DNA from: a virus
Taxonomy: Duplodnaviria; Heunggongvirae; Uroviricota; Caudoviricetes
IMG/VR virus record: IMGVR_UViG_2529292830_000018
DNA length: 42,618 nucleotides
Strand: one strand, 5' to 3'
Shown here: in pieces, positions 1 through 9,004 of the stretch
How the letters are laid out: every line of letters begins with the position of its first letter
How positions within the stretch are numbered: the stretch's first letter is position 1
Notes under the pieces: model-generated
The model's input: only the letters and a program-made list of their open reading frames with translations
Database searches by the model: none
Told to the model about the DNA's origin: nothing
Translations under genes and position numbers: made by a program

Positions 1-1158
1 ATGCTCACCGTTAAGCAGATTGAAGCAGCAAAGCCGAAAGAAAAACCATACCGCCTACTCGATGGTAATGGCCTGTACCTTTATGTCCCTGTATCAGGGA
101 AAAAGGTATGGCAGCTTCGCTACAAGATTGACGGTAAGGAGAAAATCCTGACTGTCGGAAAATATCCGCTAATGACTTTGCAGGAGGCAAGGGATAAAGC
201 ATGGACTGCGAGGAAAGACATCTCGGTTGGCATCGATCCGGTAAGGGCGAAAAAGGCTTCGTCTAACAACAATTCCTTTAGTGCGATTTACAAGGAATGG
301 TACGAGCACAAGAAGCAAGTCTGGTCAGTAGGCTATGCAAATGAACTTGCAAAAATGTTTGACGACGACATTTTACCTATCATCGGCGGCCTTGAAATTC
401 AGGATATTGAGCCGATGCAACTGCTGGAAGTAATCCGCAGATTTGAAGATCGAGGTGCAATGGAGCGAGCCAACAAAGCCCGCAGAAGATGCGGCGAGGT
501 TTTCCGTTACGCTATTGTCACTGGTAGGGCTAAATATAACCCGGCACCTGACCTTGCTGACGCCATGAAGGGATACCGCAAGAAGAACTTCCCGTTTCTT
601 CCAGCAGACCAGATCCCGGCATTCAACAAAGCACTTGCAACATTTTCAGGAAGTATCGTATCGCTCATTGCGACCAAAGTTTTACGCTACACAGCCCTAA
701 GAACGAAAGAGCTTCGTTCCATGCTATGGAAGAACGTCGATTTTGAAAACAGGATTATCACCATCGACGCCAGTGTGATGAAGGGCCGCAAGATTCATGT
801 AGTACCGATGTCAGACCAGGTGGTTGAACTTCTCACTACGCTAAGCTCAATCACCAAACCAGTATCAGAGTTTGTTTTTTCCGGGCGCAACGATAAGAAA
901 AAGCCAATCTGCGAGAACGCGGTATTACTTGTGATCAAACAAATCGGCTATGAGGGTCTGGAAAGCGGTCACGGATTCAGGCATGAATTCAGCACGATTA
1001 TGAACGAGCACGAATGGCCTGCTGATGCTATTGAAGTGCAACTGGCACATGCCAACGGCGGTTCTGTGCGTGGAATTTACAACCATGCTCAGTATCTCGA
1101 TAAACGCAGAGAAATGATGCAATGGTGGGCGGACTGGCTTGATGAAAAGGTGGAGTGA
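1..1158 (+). CDS. int: Tyrosine recombinase / prophage integrase (P4/IntS-type)
   Basis: 385-aa ORF; N-terminal MLTVKQIEAAKPKEKPYRLLDGNGLYL and C-terminal catalytic region (HGFRHEF...RGIYNHAQY) typical of P4-family integrases; recalled as closely similar to E. coli CPS-53 IntS. Identity from memory, not searched. Confidence 0.9.
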   Translation: MLTVKQIEAAKPKEKPYRLLDGNGLYLYVPVSGKKVWQLRYKIDGKEKILTVGKYPLMTLQEARDKAWTARKDISVGIDPVRAKKASSNNNSFSAIYKEWYEHKKQVWSVGYANELAKMFDDDILPIIGGLEIQDIEPMQLLEVIRRFEDRGAMERANKARRRCGEVFRYAIVTGRAKYNPAPDLADAMKGYRKKNFPFLPADQIPAFNKALATFSGSIVSLIATKVLRYTALRTKELRSMLWKNVDFENRIITIDASVMKGRKIHVVPMSDQVVELLTTLSSITKPVSEFVFSGRNDKKKPICENAVLLVIKQIGYEGLESGHGFRHEFSTIMNEHEWPADAIEVQLAHANGGSVRGIYNHAQYLDKRREMMQWWADWLDEKVE

Positions 1159-1427
1159 TCCACCTTAACCACTATCGAAGAGCACAAAGCCTAGCAATCC
1201 AGTGCAAAGCTTGGTGTGTCTCCGTTTTGTATCACCAGTCACAGCACGCCATAGATAGAATGCTGACTTGCTTGATGTGTCTGCGGATCGCGATCCTTCA
1301 GCAATTTTCACAACTTGCCATCAAACATCCAATGGCAACGCCTTATCGTCATGTTGCGCATTTACAAAATGCAATATAAATATGTTAATTTATTATAGAA
1401 ATCACATAACGTTACGAGGGGTACACT

Positions 1428-3173
1428 GTGGGGATTTTTTTACTAGGCCGCAAGTTCGAAGGATCAAGCTTACTTTTTGATAAGGGACGCTTAATTTTAC
1501 AGAACAGCGTTGATGGAAATGTCTTCCTTGTAGTTGAGAAAGGAGGAAATCGAGCGTTTCTTCATACTGGTGAAAAATTTATAGATTTTGTTAGAGTTGG
1601 GCACTTGTCACATTTGAAATGCTATCTCTCACGTGAGAGCGACAGACTTTTATACTGCGTTTCATCATTAGGTGATGCTATTGAGAAGACAGTAACAGCA
1701 AACAGAACAAAAGCAAGTGGATGGGAAACATTTGATATGCTTCCTGCAAAAGACTTAAGCGAATCATCCATTAATCAAATAGAAATGCTTAAGGGAATAT
1801 ATTTTAAAAATGATGACTTAACATCTGTTTTCAACAGAATTGTTAGATCAGATTTGATTGACAAAGGAAGAACGATTGAAAAGCTAATTGAAATAATGAG
1901 CATCGACGATAAGGCATATATCTCTTATCATCTATCTAAAAACATCAGTGAATTAGCAACGCTTTCTGATATTTCAGGTGATGCGCTATTTAAAGCATTT
2001 GTTTCAAACCTAACCAACTACAGCAAAAAAATATCCGTCATAGATGAAAAACTTGATTTTTTATCTAAGCTTTCGAACCCAATCATTTCTAAAAACAGCT
2101 GGGTTGAACTAATTCATAATTTAAGAAAAATATCTCCACCAAAACATAAATCATGCATTGTTGCAACATGCAAAAATGAAGGTGTTTATCTTGTTGAGTG
2201 GATTGCTTACCATCTAAGCATTGGATTTGATGCAATATTTATATATTCTAATGATAATGATGATGGTTCTGACGAACTACTTAATAACCTTCATAATGAA
2301 GGAATCATATACTACATAAAAAACATTGTTGGAGATGGTGTTAGTGCACAAAACAAGGCTTATGCTCATGCACTAACAATTAACAAGGAAGTTCTAAATT
2401 ATGAATGGAGTCTTTTCATTGATATAGATGAATTTTTTGTTTTAAACGAATTCATGTTTTCTTCCATCACTGATTATCTAGACTGGCAAAACAAAAATGA
2501 AACTGACGCAATTGCTTTAAACTGGATGTTTAGCAAACCAGTTGAAAATAGCGACTGGATAAACAATCCAATCACTAAAAGATTGCCATATACTAATAAA
2601 GAAGCAAGCGCTCATATCAAAACATTTTTTAAGCCTCACAAATTCTCAGGCTCAACACCTCATTTCCCATTGTGCAATAGCAATTATAAGTTCGCATATA
2701 GAGACTCTTCAGGTAACATTCATGAAAAGTCAATCACAAAAAATGATTTATCATTTTCTAACAAACCACAAAACTCACACGCTTACATTATTCATTACTT
2801 CAATAGAAGTATAGCTGAGTTTATTTGGAAATACTCTAAAAACAGAGGTGATCACCCAAACACTAAAAGCGGAAACGACTTTACAGAACACTTATTTCAG
2901 TTCCTTAACTTCTTCACATCATCATTAGACTCACCACGGTTCGTGGAGAATGAATCAATTGCTAAAATGACTGGTGTTATTGATTCAAAAATTAGCGAAA
3001 TATTAGCAATCGAATCGATACAAATTGCGTATGAGAATGTTAAGAACAGGACAAGAGAGCGTTATGAATTAATCGAGCCTTTATTTTGGGAGTATTTAAA
3101 GGAAAACATCAACTCAGAAAAAAATAAAGACTCAATTTCAGAGTTTATATCTAGATTTAACGAAAAAGCTTAA
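1428..3173 (+). CDS. Glycosyltransferase-like protein (GT92/DUF23-like central domain), strongly AT-rich
   Basis: 581-aa uninterrupted ORF in very AT-rich DNA; motifs CIVATCKNEGVYLVEWIAYHLSIGFDAIFIYSNDNDDGSDELL and LFIDIDEFF resemble GT-A glycosyltransferases of the GT92 type. Track start is GTG at 1428 preceded by GAGGGG; true start uncertain. Confidence 0.5.
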   Translation: MGIFLLGRKFEGSSLLFDKGRLILQNSVDGNVFLVVEKGGNRAFLHTGEKFIDFVRVGHLSHLKCYLSRESDRLLYCVSSLGDAIEKTVTANRTKASGWETFDMLPAKDLSESSINQIEMLKGIYFKNDDLTSVFNRIVRSDLIDKGRTIEKLIEIMSIDDKAYISYHLSKNISELATLSDISGDALFKAFVSNLTNYSKKISVIDEKLDFLSKLSNPIISKNSWVELIHNLRKISPPKHKSCIVATCKNEGVYLVEWIAYHLSIGFDAIFIYSNDNDDGSDELLNNLHNEGIIYYIKNIVGDGVSAQNKAYAHALTINKEVLNYEWSLFIDIDEFFVLNEFMFSSITDYLDWQNKNETDAIALNWMFSKPVENSDWINNPITKRLPYTNKEASAHIKTFFKPHKFSGSTPHFPLCNSNYKFAYRDSSGNIHEKSITKNDLSFSNKPQNSHAYIIHYFNRSIAEFIWKYSKNRGDHPNTKSGNDFTEHLFQFLNFFTSSLDSPRFVENESIAKMTGVIDSKISEILAIESIQIAYENVKNRTRERYELIEPLFWEYLKENINSEKNKDSISEFISRFNEKA

Positions 3174-3238
3174 TCGATTTTCTGCGGAGGTAATCCACCT
3201 CCGCTATTTTCTAATACATTGTGTGATTTACAATATTT

Positions 3239-5503
3239 TCATGTCGATGAGTTAATTTCCTCAATGATACGCTTCAGGATTTCATTATTTCTGCGTTGTA
3301 ATGCAGCTTCAAGGACTAAAGCCTCTTCATAACGAATACCATAACGTGAGCCTGCCGGAGTGACCAGAATATCTTCATATTCTGGTTCTGCCTCTTCTTC
3401 ATACTCTTCTTCTACTTCTTGAAACTCTGTCTCGATGTACTCCTCTTCTACATCTTCAACTACAGGAACGCTTACGAATGGATTTTGCGCAAAAGGTGAA
3501 CCATCTTCATTAAGAACAGGTATCATTTCCATTTTTGGAGTCTGATACTCTTCATTCACTACTCGTTTAATCCGTGTTCCGTCTTCCAGTACCTCATCCT
3601 TTAATACCTGACGACTCTCAGTAACCATCACTGGTTTGCTTACAATTCGAGTTTTAGTAACCTGCACTGGAACTGTTGTTATGCGAGTTTTAGTAACCAT
3701 TACACCTTCGTTTGTCTGAACCTTAGTATATTGATCATCCCACTCGTCAAAGCAAAAGAATCCAAATCGGTGCACATCAAGCCCATGACGTTCAAACGCC
3801 TCCTTTGCACGTTGAGCTATTACGCCAAAATGCCAACGAGCTCCGTCTTCCCCTTTTTCTTCTGTTCTGTCAAGATACTGAAATTGAACGAAGTCAACCT
3901 CTGACCATGCGTCAAGTATTGTATCAGTGATTTCAAGAGGTGCAGTTTTAGCTCGCTCATCTGAAGTAACGGTAAAGGCTGTTTGAGTGAATCCACCAGA
4001 CCACACACGACCAGCAGTTCCGACCGTGCTGTTACTGTTCTGTGATAATGGTGCAATAGATGAGTCTACTATTACAATGCCATCCCCTTTTGGAGATAGC
4101 CTCAAATGAATATCTTTATCGCTTCCAGCAACGCCAACAGCAGGAGCATTAGATTCTGTATGCGAGCGCATGGATAGATAATTGGCAGGAACTGTAGGCC
4201 CAGACTCTATGGCAAATATAGGCAACCCAGACGATAATCGTGTAAATACTACGCCATTATCACTAAATAACATTCTGGTTGATCTGGTTGCATCCTCCAA
4301 AACAGAGAGTATTTCAGAAGTTTTCTGATTTAAATTGTTGTACCAGGTCATTGAGTGCCTATTACCAAAAGCAATTGCCACACCTTGACCTGTTGATTCT
4401 CCATCGGTTCCTTTAAGGCTATTACTGCCAAATACGATGCCCTTCAGAAAGCGCGCTGTTTTCCCAGCAGTTTTGTCGTTAGCTATTATTCCAATTGCTG
4501 CCGATGCAGCATTCAACACTTCTCCAGCTTGGGTTAATTCACCACCTGAGCCTAACCATAATGCGTCAGTCTGACCGTTGGGGAACATTGAATTAGGATA
4601 CATTTCACGCTCATTCCCCCTGTTTGCTATATCAAGTTCAAGACCGTGACTTGCTCCTATTGTTCCTGCATTGCGTATAGCTGAACCGTACAAGGCCCAC
4701 ACACTTGATCGTGAGCCAGATGTATCATCGTTTATCGCAGTACCTGCCACCCCTAATGCAGCACCGCCTGCACCACCGAGGGCAGTGTGTGCCGACCCGT
4801 AAACACCTATGCCGTCAGGTGGCGCAATAAATGTATTTCTACAGTGTCTTTCGAGATAGTAAAATATATTATTACCTACACCTGACAACCAAGGTACCTG
4901 ACGCAGCCAGTATCCACCTATAAATGAAACCCCCATCTCCATTTCCCATGATGTAAGGGGATCAGACACTACATCTTGGGTTAGTTTGTATGTGCCCGCT
5001 GGGATATAAATTTTACTTTTCGTGGCATTGGCAGCCAGAAACGCCGCAGTTGAATCAAGCACACCAGTAGGATCAGCACCTCCTGCAAAACCACTCCAAG
5101 TAACAGGCTTTGCTAATCCTCCGACAAATCCAGCTCCACCAGGACCCTCCAGTTCAGATCGCAGTTGATCAGGGTCATACTTCAGCACATTAGGAAAATA
5201 GAACTGCTGCGCACCATATGCATCATAAACAGCCATAGAATGGCCTTGCACAGTTACAAACTTGGCAATCTGTCCGTTATATACCGGATATCCAGCAGCG
5301 TTAATGATGATTGGTTGCGATACAGGAACGTGAGAGCCGTCTTCGTTCTCCACATAAACCTGAATCTGGTTTTCAGGATTTACCGGGTCAGTGTCAATTT
5401 TACCGATATAAATCTTTCCATTAGCTACGGCTTTAAAAGAACGAGCCATAGTGAAGAGTTGCGAAGGCATGCTGACTATAACATTGGCTGTAATGTCTGT
5501 CAT
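3239..5503 (-). CDS. Tailspike protein: P22 gp9-like head-binding N-terminus, distinct central domain, C-terminal S74-type intramolecular chaperone domain
   Basis: N-terminus [61 protein letters not shown] matches the P22 tailspike head-binding domain from memory; C-terminal ~150 aa ([15 protein letters not shown]...[10 protein letters not shown]...acidic tail) resembles the autoproteolytic chaperone domain of endosialidase/L-shaped fibre proteins. Confidence 0.85.
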   Translation of the reverse strand: MTDITANVIVSMPSQLFTMARSFKAVANGKIYIGKIDTDPVNPENQIQVYVENEDGSHVPVSQPIIINAAGYPVYNGQIAKFVTVQGHSMAVYDAYGAQQFYFPNVLKYDPDQLRSELEGPGGAGFVGGLAKPVTWSGFAGGADPTGVLDSTAAFLAANATKSKIYIPAGTYKLTQDVVSDPLTSWEMEMGVSFIGGYWLRQVPWLSGVGNNIFYYLERHCRNTFIAPPDGIGVYGSAHTALGGAGGAALGVAGTAINDDTSGSRSSVWALYGSAIRNAGTIGASHGLELDIANRGNEREMYPNSMFPNGQTDALWLGSGGELTQAGEVLNAASAAIGIIANDKTAGKTARFLKGIVFGSNSLKGTDGESTGQGVAIAFGNRHSMTWYNNLNQKTSEILSVLEDATRSTRMLFSDNGVVFTRLSSGLPIFAIESGPTVPANYLSMRSHTESNAPAVGVAGSDKDIHLRLSPKGDGIVIVDSSIAPLSQNSNSTVGTAGRVWSGGFTQTAFTVTSDERAKTAPLEITDTILDAWSEVDFVQFQYLDRTEEKGEDGARWHFGVIAQRAKEAFERHGLDVHRFGFFCFDEWDDQYTKVQTNEGVMVTKTRITTVPVQVTKTRIVSKPVMVTESRQVLKDEVLEDGTRIKRVVNEEYQTPKMEMIPVLNEDGSPFAQNPFVSVPVVEDVEEEYIETEFQEVEEEYEEEAEPEYEDILVTPAGSRYGIRYEEALVLEAALQRRNNEILKRIIEEINSST

Positions 5504-5561
5504 TTAATTTGCTCCAGATACAAGGAATCGCCGTAGCATGGCTACGGTGAATTTTGGGCAT

Positions 5562-5584
5562 AAAAAAACCCAGCCGAAGCTGGG
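5562..5584 (-). terminator. Rho-independent terminator downstream of ant
   Basis: Stem CCCAGC/GCTGGG with loop CGAA, followed on the minus strand by a run of 7 T. Confidence 0.6.
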
Positions 5585-5603
5585 TCGTTGCGTTGGTTAT
5601 CTG

Positions 5604-6527
5604 TCAGTAGTTATGTACTGAAGGAGGTAATTCTTTATTCTTAAGTCTCATCCATGCGGAAAGATTCGTTGGTCCGTCTGGCTCATTAATATCAACATCT
5701 CGTGTGTGATTGATTAAAACGTCTCTCGCCATTCCAATAACATACGAGAACTCATGACCGTAGTCGTAGCATCTGCCGGAATAGTTAGACTGAATTTGTT
5801 TTAGCGCCGGATACAGTTCGCGGAATAATGCCTGTGAGCGGTTGGCATAATCCCATAACCATACAAGGCTGTTTGCTTCTTTTGCAGAAAGCTCGTTGGT
5901 TTTCTTCTCTTGTTTGCCAATGAACTCACCTTCAAGTGGAACTCGAGCTGCAAGTGATAGTGCTTCGGTAAACTGCTCCTCACTGATTTCTTTGTACGAA
6001 CATCCAAAATGGGATTTTAGTGACGACCACATGGTGATCATCGCCTTAGCCTGTTTTTCTTTTGGCAGAGACTGACCGCGACTCATGACGAGTTGTTTAA
6101 TGGCTTCCTGCTGTTCAGTGGTGATTTTACCCGGCAACGCCTTTTTAGCTTTGCGTGGGTTAACTACATGGCCTTTAGTCCAGTACTCGTAGAGCACATC
6201 GTCACACTCTTCCTGATACTGGATTACCTTGTCGCGGATTTCAGGGCGGACTTTGTTAGGACTGATGCTGTTCAACCAAGCTGCCAATTTTCGTAAAGCC
6301 ATACAAATCATGGCTTGCACCCCACCGGCAGAAGGTATGGTGATTTCCACCATACCCTTCGAGAAGCGTTGAGAAATCTTCTTATGTTGAGATTTCCAGT
6401 CTAGCCCCATTCCCTCAACGATAGGTTTCATTGGGGTATACGGTTCGCCGTTGTGATTGACAACATAAAGCTCTGCGCCGTGGAATGGTACATTGATAGT
6501 AGATACTGCTGTTGCTATACTTTTCAT
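5604..6527 (-). CDS. ant: Antirepressor Ant (P22_AR N-terminal domain type)
   Basis: 307 aa; N-terminal ELYVVNHNGEPYTPMKPIVEGMGLDWKSQHKKI resembles the P22 antirepressor N-domain; sits downstream of an arc-like gene and opposite mnt, as in P22 immI. Confidence 0.8.
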   Translation of the reverse strand: MKSIATAVSTINVPFHGAELYVVNHNGEPYTPMKPIVEGMGLDWKSQHKKISQRFSKGMVEITIPSAGGVQAMICMALRKLAAWLNSISPNKVRPEIRDKVIQYQEECDDVLYEYWTKGHVVNPRKAKKALPGKITTEQQEAIKQLVMSRGQSLPKEKQAKAMITMWSSLKSHFGCSYKEISEEQFTEALSLAARVPLEGEFIGKQEKKTNELSAKEANSLVWLWDYANRSQALFRELYPALKQIQSNYSGRCYDYGHEFSYVIGMARDVLINHTRDVDINEPDGPTNLSAWMRLKNKELPPSVHNY

Positions 6528-6625
6528 GTCGTTAATTCCTATGCGTGGTTTTACGATACCGAAGCCCTGACTGTTCCCGCAGTTGGGGCTTCACTGTTTT
6601 GATTTCTTTGCCGCATCCAAGCGAA

Positions 6626-6766
6626 TCACACCGTTATCCCCTCTCTCCTCAGGCTGTCCAGCACCCGTTTAATTACTTCTGCGCTGAATGAGCGACACTC
6701 TTCCTTTGCTTTTTCTTCAAGAATTTTTTCTAGCTTCTCTGGCATACGCAGTGTTTTTACCTTCAT
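6626..6766 (-). CDS. arc: Arc-like ribbon-helix-helix repressor (46 aa; below the ORF-track size cutoff)
   Basis: Translated by hand: MKVKTLRMPEKLEKILEEKAKEECRSFSAEVIKRVLDSLRREGITV; RBS GGAGGA precedes the ATG at 6766; size and position match P22 arc upstream of ant. Confidence 0.6.
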   Translation of the reverse strand: MKVKTLRMPEKLEKILEEKAKEECRSFSAEVIKRVLDSLRREGITV

Positions 6767-6776
6767 TGCATCCTCC

Positions 6777-6840
6777 GTTGTATGTGGTACGCATACATAG
6801 TATGTAGGTACGCATTGATAGTCAATAGATACCTACATAT
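6777..6840. promoter_or_regulatory. Divergent arc/mnt control region with nested palindromic operators
   Basis: Perfect 10-bp inverted repeat TATGTAGGTA (6801-6810) / TACCTACATA (6830-6839) enclosing inner palindrome ATTGA-tag-TCAAT (6814-6826); second palindrome TATGT..ACATA at 6781-6799. Confidence 0.55.
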
Positions 6841-6871
6841 CCTGTGGTAAAAAATTATTCAGGATGCGCCG

Positions 6872-7123
6872 ATGTCTGATCGTAAGTACAAAAACCCTCA
6901 AGTGAATCTGAGGCTTCCTGTAGAGATAAAGGAACGTCTTATTGAACTGGCTGAGGCTAATTCTCGTTCATTAAATGCTGAGATGGTCGCGGCACTTGAA
7001 GCGTGGACCGAAAAAAATAAACACATTCAAGCACTAGACCTTGCAACTATAGCATCACGATTGATAGATCTTGAACACGATGTTGAGACGCTAAAGACCA
7101 TGTATGGTAAGGATGCAAAATGA
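6872..7123 (+). CDS. mnt: Mnt-like ribbon-helix-helix repressor
   Basis: 83 aa, the same length as P22 Mnt; RHH N-terminus (PQVNLRLPVEIKERLIELAEANSRSLNAEMVAALEAW); divergent from arc-ant. Confidence 0.65.
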   Translation: MSDRKYKNPQVNLRLPVEIKERLIELAEANSRSLNAEMVAALEAWTEKNKHIQALDLATIASRLIDLEHDVETLKTMYGKDAK

Positions 7124-7329
7124 ATAAAAAACAGTTTATTAAGTCAACAACGTCAAGCAAGGAAGAGCTAGAGAAAGAGCTAAACTCCCTGAAATATGCT
7201 CTGTGTCTGGTTTACTCAAGACTGCCAATGGAAGATAAAAACGCCATTTACAATGAAATGATTAGCAGCCTTGATTTTAACGATAGAGACCTAGCATCCC
7301 ACCTCAACAGCTTCCGCGTCCCTGAGTAA
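7120..7329 (+). CDS. Hypothetical protein translationally coupled to mnt
   Basis: 69-aa ORF whose ATG overlaps the mnt stop (ATGA at 7120-7123). Confidence 0.4.
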   Translation: MNKKQFIKSTTSSKEELEKELNSLKYALCLVYSRLPMEDKNAIYNEMISSLDFNDRDLASHLNSFRVPE

Positions 7330-7489
7330 TTCTGTTGCGGATTTGCTTCTTGCGGTGGTTTAAGCTGGAGAGCTTGGCTTCTGCTTCTGATATTTGCGCA
7401 TCAAGATCTTTAAGCTCAAGATCTGAAAGTCGCTGGTCAAGCAGGGTTTGGTTCAACTCAATGTTGTTCAGGCGTTCTTCTATGGTCAT
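7304..7489 (-). CDS. Hypothetical small coiled-coil protein
   Basis: Start chosen at MTIEERLNN (ATG at 7489), preceded by AAGGAGAAATC; the track's longer ORF begins at 7537. 3' end overlaps the convergent ORF 7120..7329 by 26 bp. Confidence 0.35.
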   Translation of the reverse strand: MTIEERLNNIELNQTLLDQRLSDLELKDLDAQISEAEAKLSSLNHRKKQIRNRITQGRGSC

Positions 7490-7630
7490 GATTTCTCCTT
7501 GTTGAGGTTGATGTGAAACGATTGATTGTATACGCACTCTTTTGTTAGCTAGTAGCTTTGCTTAATCGCAAGATAAAGTTTCTGATTAATCCCTAAAAAT
7601 CAAAAAATAAAGTTAAAACAGGTACATGAT

Positions 7631-7834
7631 ATGGAATGGATCATAGGATTTGTTGTTCTTATCTTCATAGCCAGTATGTTTAAACCAAGAAGTTGCGATA
7701 TCTGTGGTGCTGGATTTAAGAAAAAGTACTTCACATGGACTATCGATGGAAAGAAACAGCATCTTTGTCCGTACTGCAACAGTAAAATGGAGAGACGCAA
7801 CAGCGATAGGCGCTTTAAGGATCGATTTGGTTAA
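7631..7834 (+). CDS. Small membrane protein with C-terminal zinc-ribbon motif
   Basis: 67 aa; hydrophobic N-terminal helix (IIGFVVLIFIASMF) then CDICG...CPYC; followed by a hairpin terminator. Confidence 0.4.
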   Translation: MEWIIGFVVLIFIASMFKPRSCDICGAGFKKKYFTWTIDGKKQHLCPYCNSKMERRNSDRRFKDRFG

Positions 7835-7848
7835 CCATTTTATCTCCA

Positions 7849-7876
7849 ACAAAAAACCCACCTGACGGTGGGTTTC
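7849..7876. terminator. Bidirectional rho-independent terminator
   Basis: Stem CCCACC/GGTGGG (7857-7872), A-run upstream and T-run downstream; lies between convergent genes 7631..7834 (+) and 7881..8849 (-). Confidence 0.6.
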
Positions 7877-7880
7877 ATAA

Positions 7881-8849
7881 TTAGATTTCTGGTTTCATTC
7901 TTCCGAAAACCTTTTCTATTCCTTTTTCGTATTCTTCTCTTGTCTCACTCATCGCTGCGACACCAAGAAGCTTACCGATATGCTGACGCAAAGCCTTGAC
8001 ACCAATTTCAGAAAGGAACAGATGCAACTTATCAGATTGTTTTCCGTTCTCGTCTCGGCTGGCTCGAATCTGTTCAAGGATTTTACCTTTACTCTTTGCT
8101 AGCGGGGGGTATATCTGCATGTTGGTTAGCTGCCCAAAACGAATAGGCCGTCCTTTCTCTGGCCTATTCAGGCCGTACAGTCGATACCACTCCTCGTATA
8201 GCTCATCTGGAAATTCCTTTTCATATTGACGAGCCTCTTCACGAACAAACGCTTTGAACTCGTCAATGACAGCCTGAACTTCTGGACGATAACCAGCAAG
8301 CGCATACGCAACCCCCTTAATTCCCGCCTTAGCGGAGGCATTAATAAGTCTCTGTGCTGCGGCGGCTGCCTTTAACCGTGATTGTGGTAGATCGTCATTA
8401 TCTTTGGCTTCTATTAGTGCCCTACCAATATCAACAATTGCTGTAATGTCATAACCTAACGCTTGATGAACGGTTTTAGACTTCGAAGTAAGTTGAAATT
8501 TATAGGGATTTTCCATTTTTCGCTGCAATTCTAGATCTCGGTATTTGCTCATATACTGAGCGCCAAGCAGTTGATCTAAATCCCTGGCATGTTCACCAAT
8601 CCCTAGCAACTGAGATAATCCAGTTTTCGTAACAACGACAGTTTTCGACTCGTCATCCAGTACATAACATTCAGCATCAATGCCAAAATCATCTAAAAAG
8701 TTACCACGATGAGTTGCCCTGAGAATCTTACTTTTCCATCTTGCAGCAGCTGCTTTCTTTGCTATTTCAGAACGCTGCTCTTTAGTCAGCGACTTTGCGC
8801 GAGCGATCCCGCCCTTAGCTTTCCCTTCGCCACTTTTCTTTTCAGTCAT
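7881..8849 (-). CDS. Hypothetical phage protein with lysine/alanine-rich putative DNA-binding N-terminus
   Basis: Start chosen at MTEKKSGEGKAKGGIARAKSLTKEQRSEIAKKAAAARW (ATG 8849); the track ORF extends to 8912 but would cover the operator-like repeats. Occupies the gene16-to-mnt interval where P22 carries sieA. Confidence 0.55.
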   Translation of the reverse strand: MTEKKSGEGKAKGGIARAKSLTKEQRSEIAKKAAAARWKSKILRATHRGNFLDDFGIDAECYVLDDESKTVVVTKTGLSQLLGIGEHARDLDQLLGAQYMSKYRDLELQRKMENPYKFQLTSKSKTVHQALGYDITAIVDIGRALIEAKDNDDLPQSRLKAAAAAQRLINASAKAGIKGVAYALAGYRPEVQAVIDEFKAFVREEARQYEKEFPDELYEEWYRLYGLNRPEKGRPIRFGQLTNMQIYPPLAKSKGKILEQIRASRDENGKQSDKLHLFLSEIGVKALRQHIGKLLGVAAMSETREEYEKGIEKVFGRMKPEI

Positions 8850-8850
8850 A

Positions 8851-8940
8851 ATGCAAGCACCTTTGTTGTGATGTATGCTTGCATTATATACACTGTACAC
8901 ACATACAAGCAAGCATAAAACTAAAACAAAATGCTTGCAT
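8851..8940. promoter_or_regulatory. Two operator-like inverted repeats in a divergent promoter region
   Basis: ATGCAAGCAC (8851-8860) / ATGCTTGCAT (8875-8884) with a 14-bp spacer, and AAGCAAGCAT (8907-8916) / ATGCTTGCAT (8931-8940) with a 14-bp spacer; centres about 56 bp apart. Confidence 0.5.
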
Positions 8941-9004
8941 TACAACCGCGCTACTCCAACTACACATTATCATCTGGTATCCTGCTCAAAACTAAGGAGG
9001 TTGG

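Noticed and set aside
1155-1480. Two overlapping small plus-strand ORFs (1155..1379 and 1268..1480) just after int
   Set aside because: They overlap each other and the glycosyltransferase leader, lack a convincing RBS, and sit in an AT-rich intergenic region that more likely holds promoter elements or a gene remnant.
5165-5536. 123-aa plus-strand ORF overlapping the tailspike 5' end
   Set aside because: Antisense to the highly conserved tailspike N-terminal domain; shadow ORF.
8850-8912. Longer start (8912) for the 322-aa ORF
   Set aside because: The extension would be translated through the operator-like palindromes and encodes an implausible Cys/Tyr-rich leader; the ATG at 8849 gives the lysine-rich N-terminus typical of such proteins.
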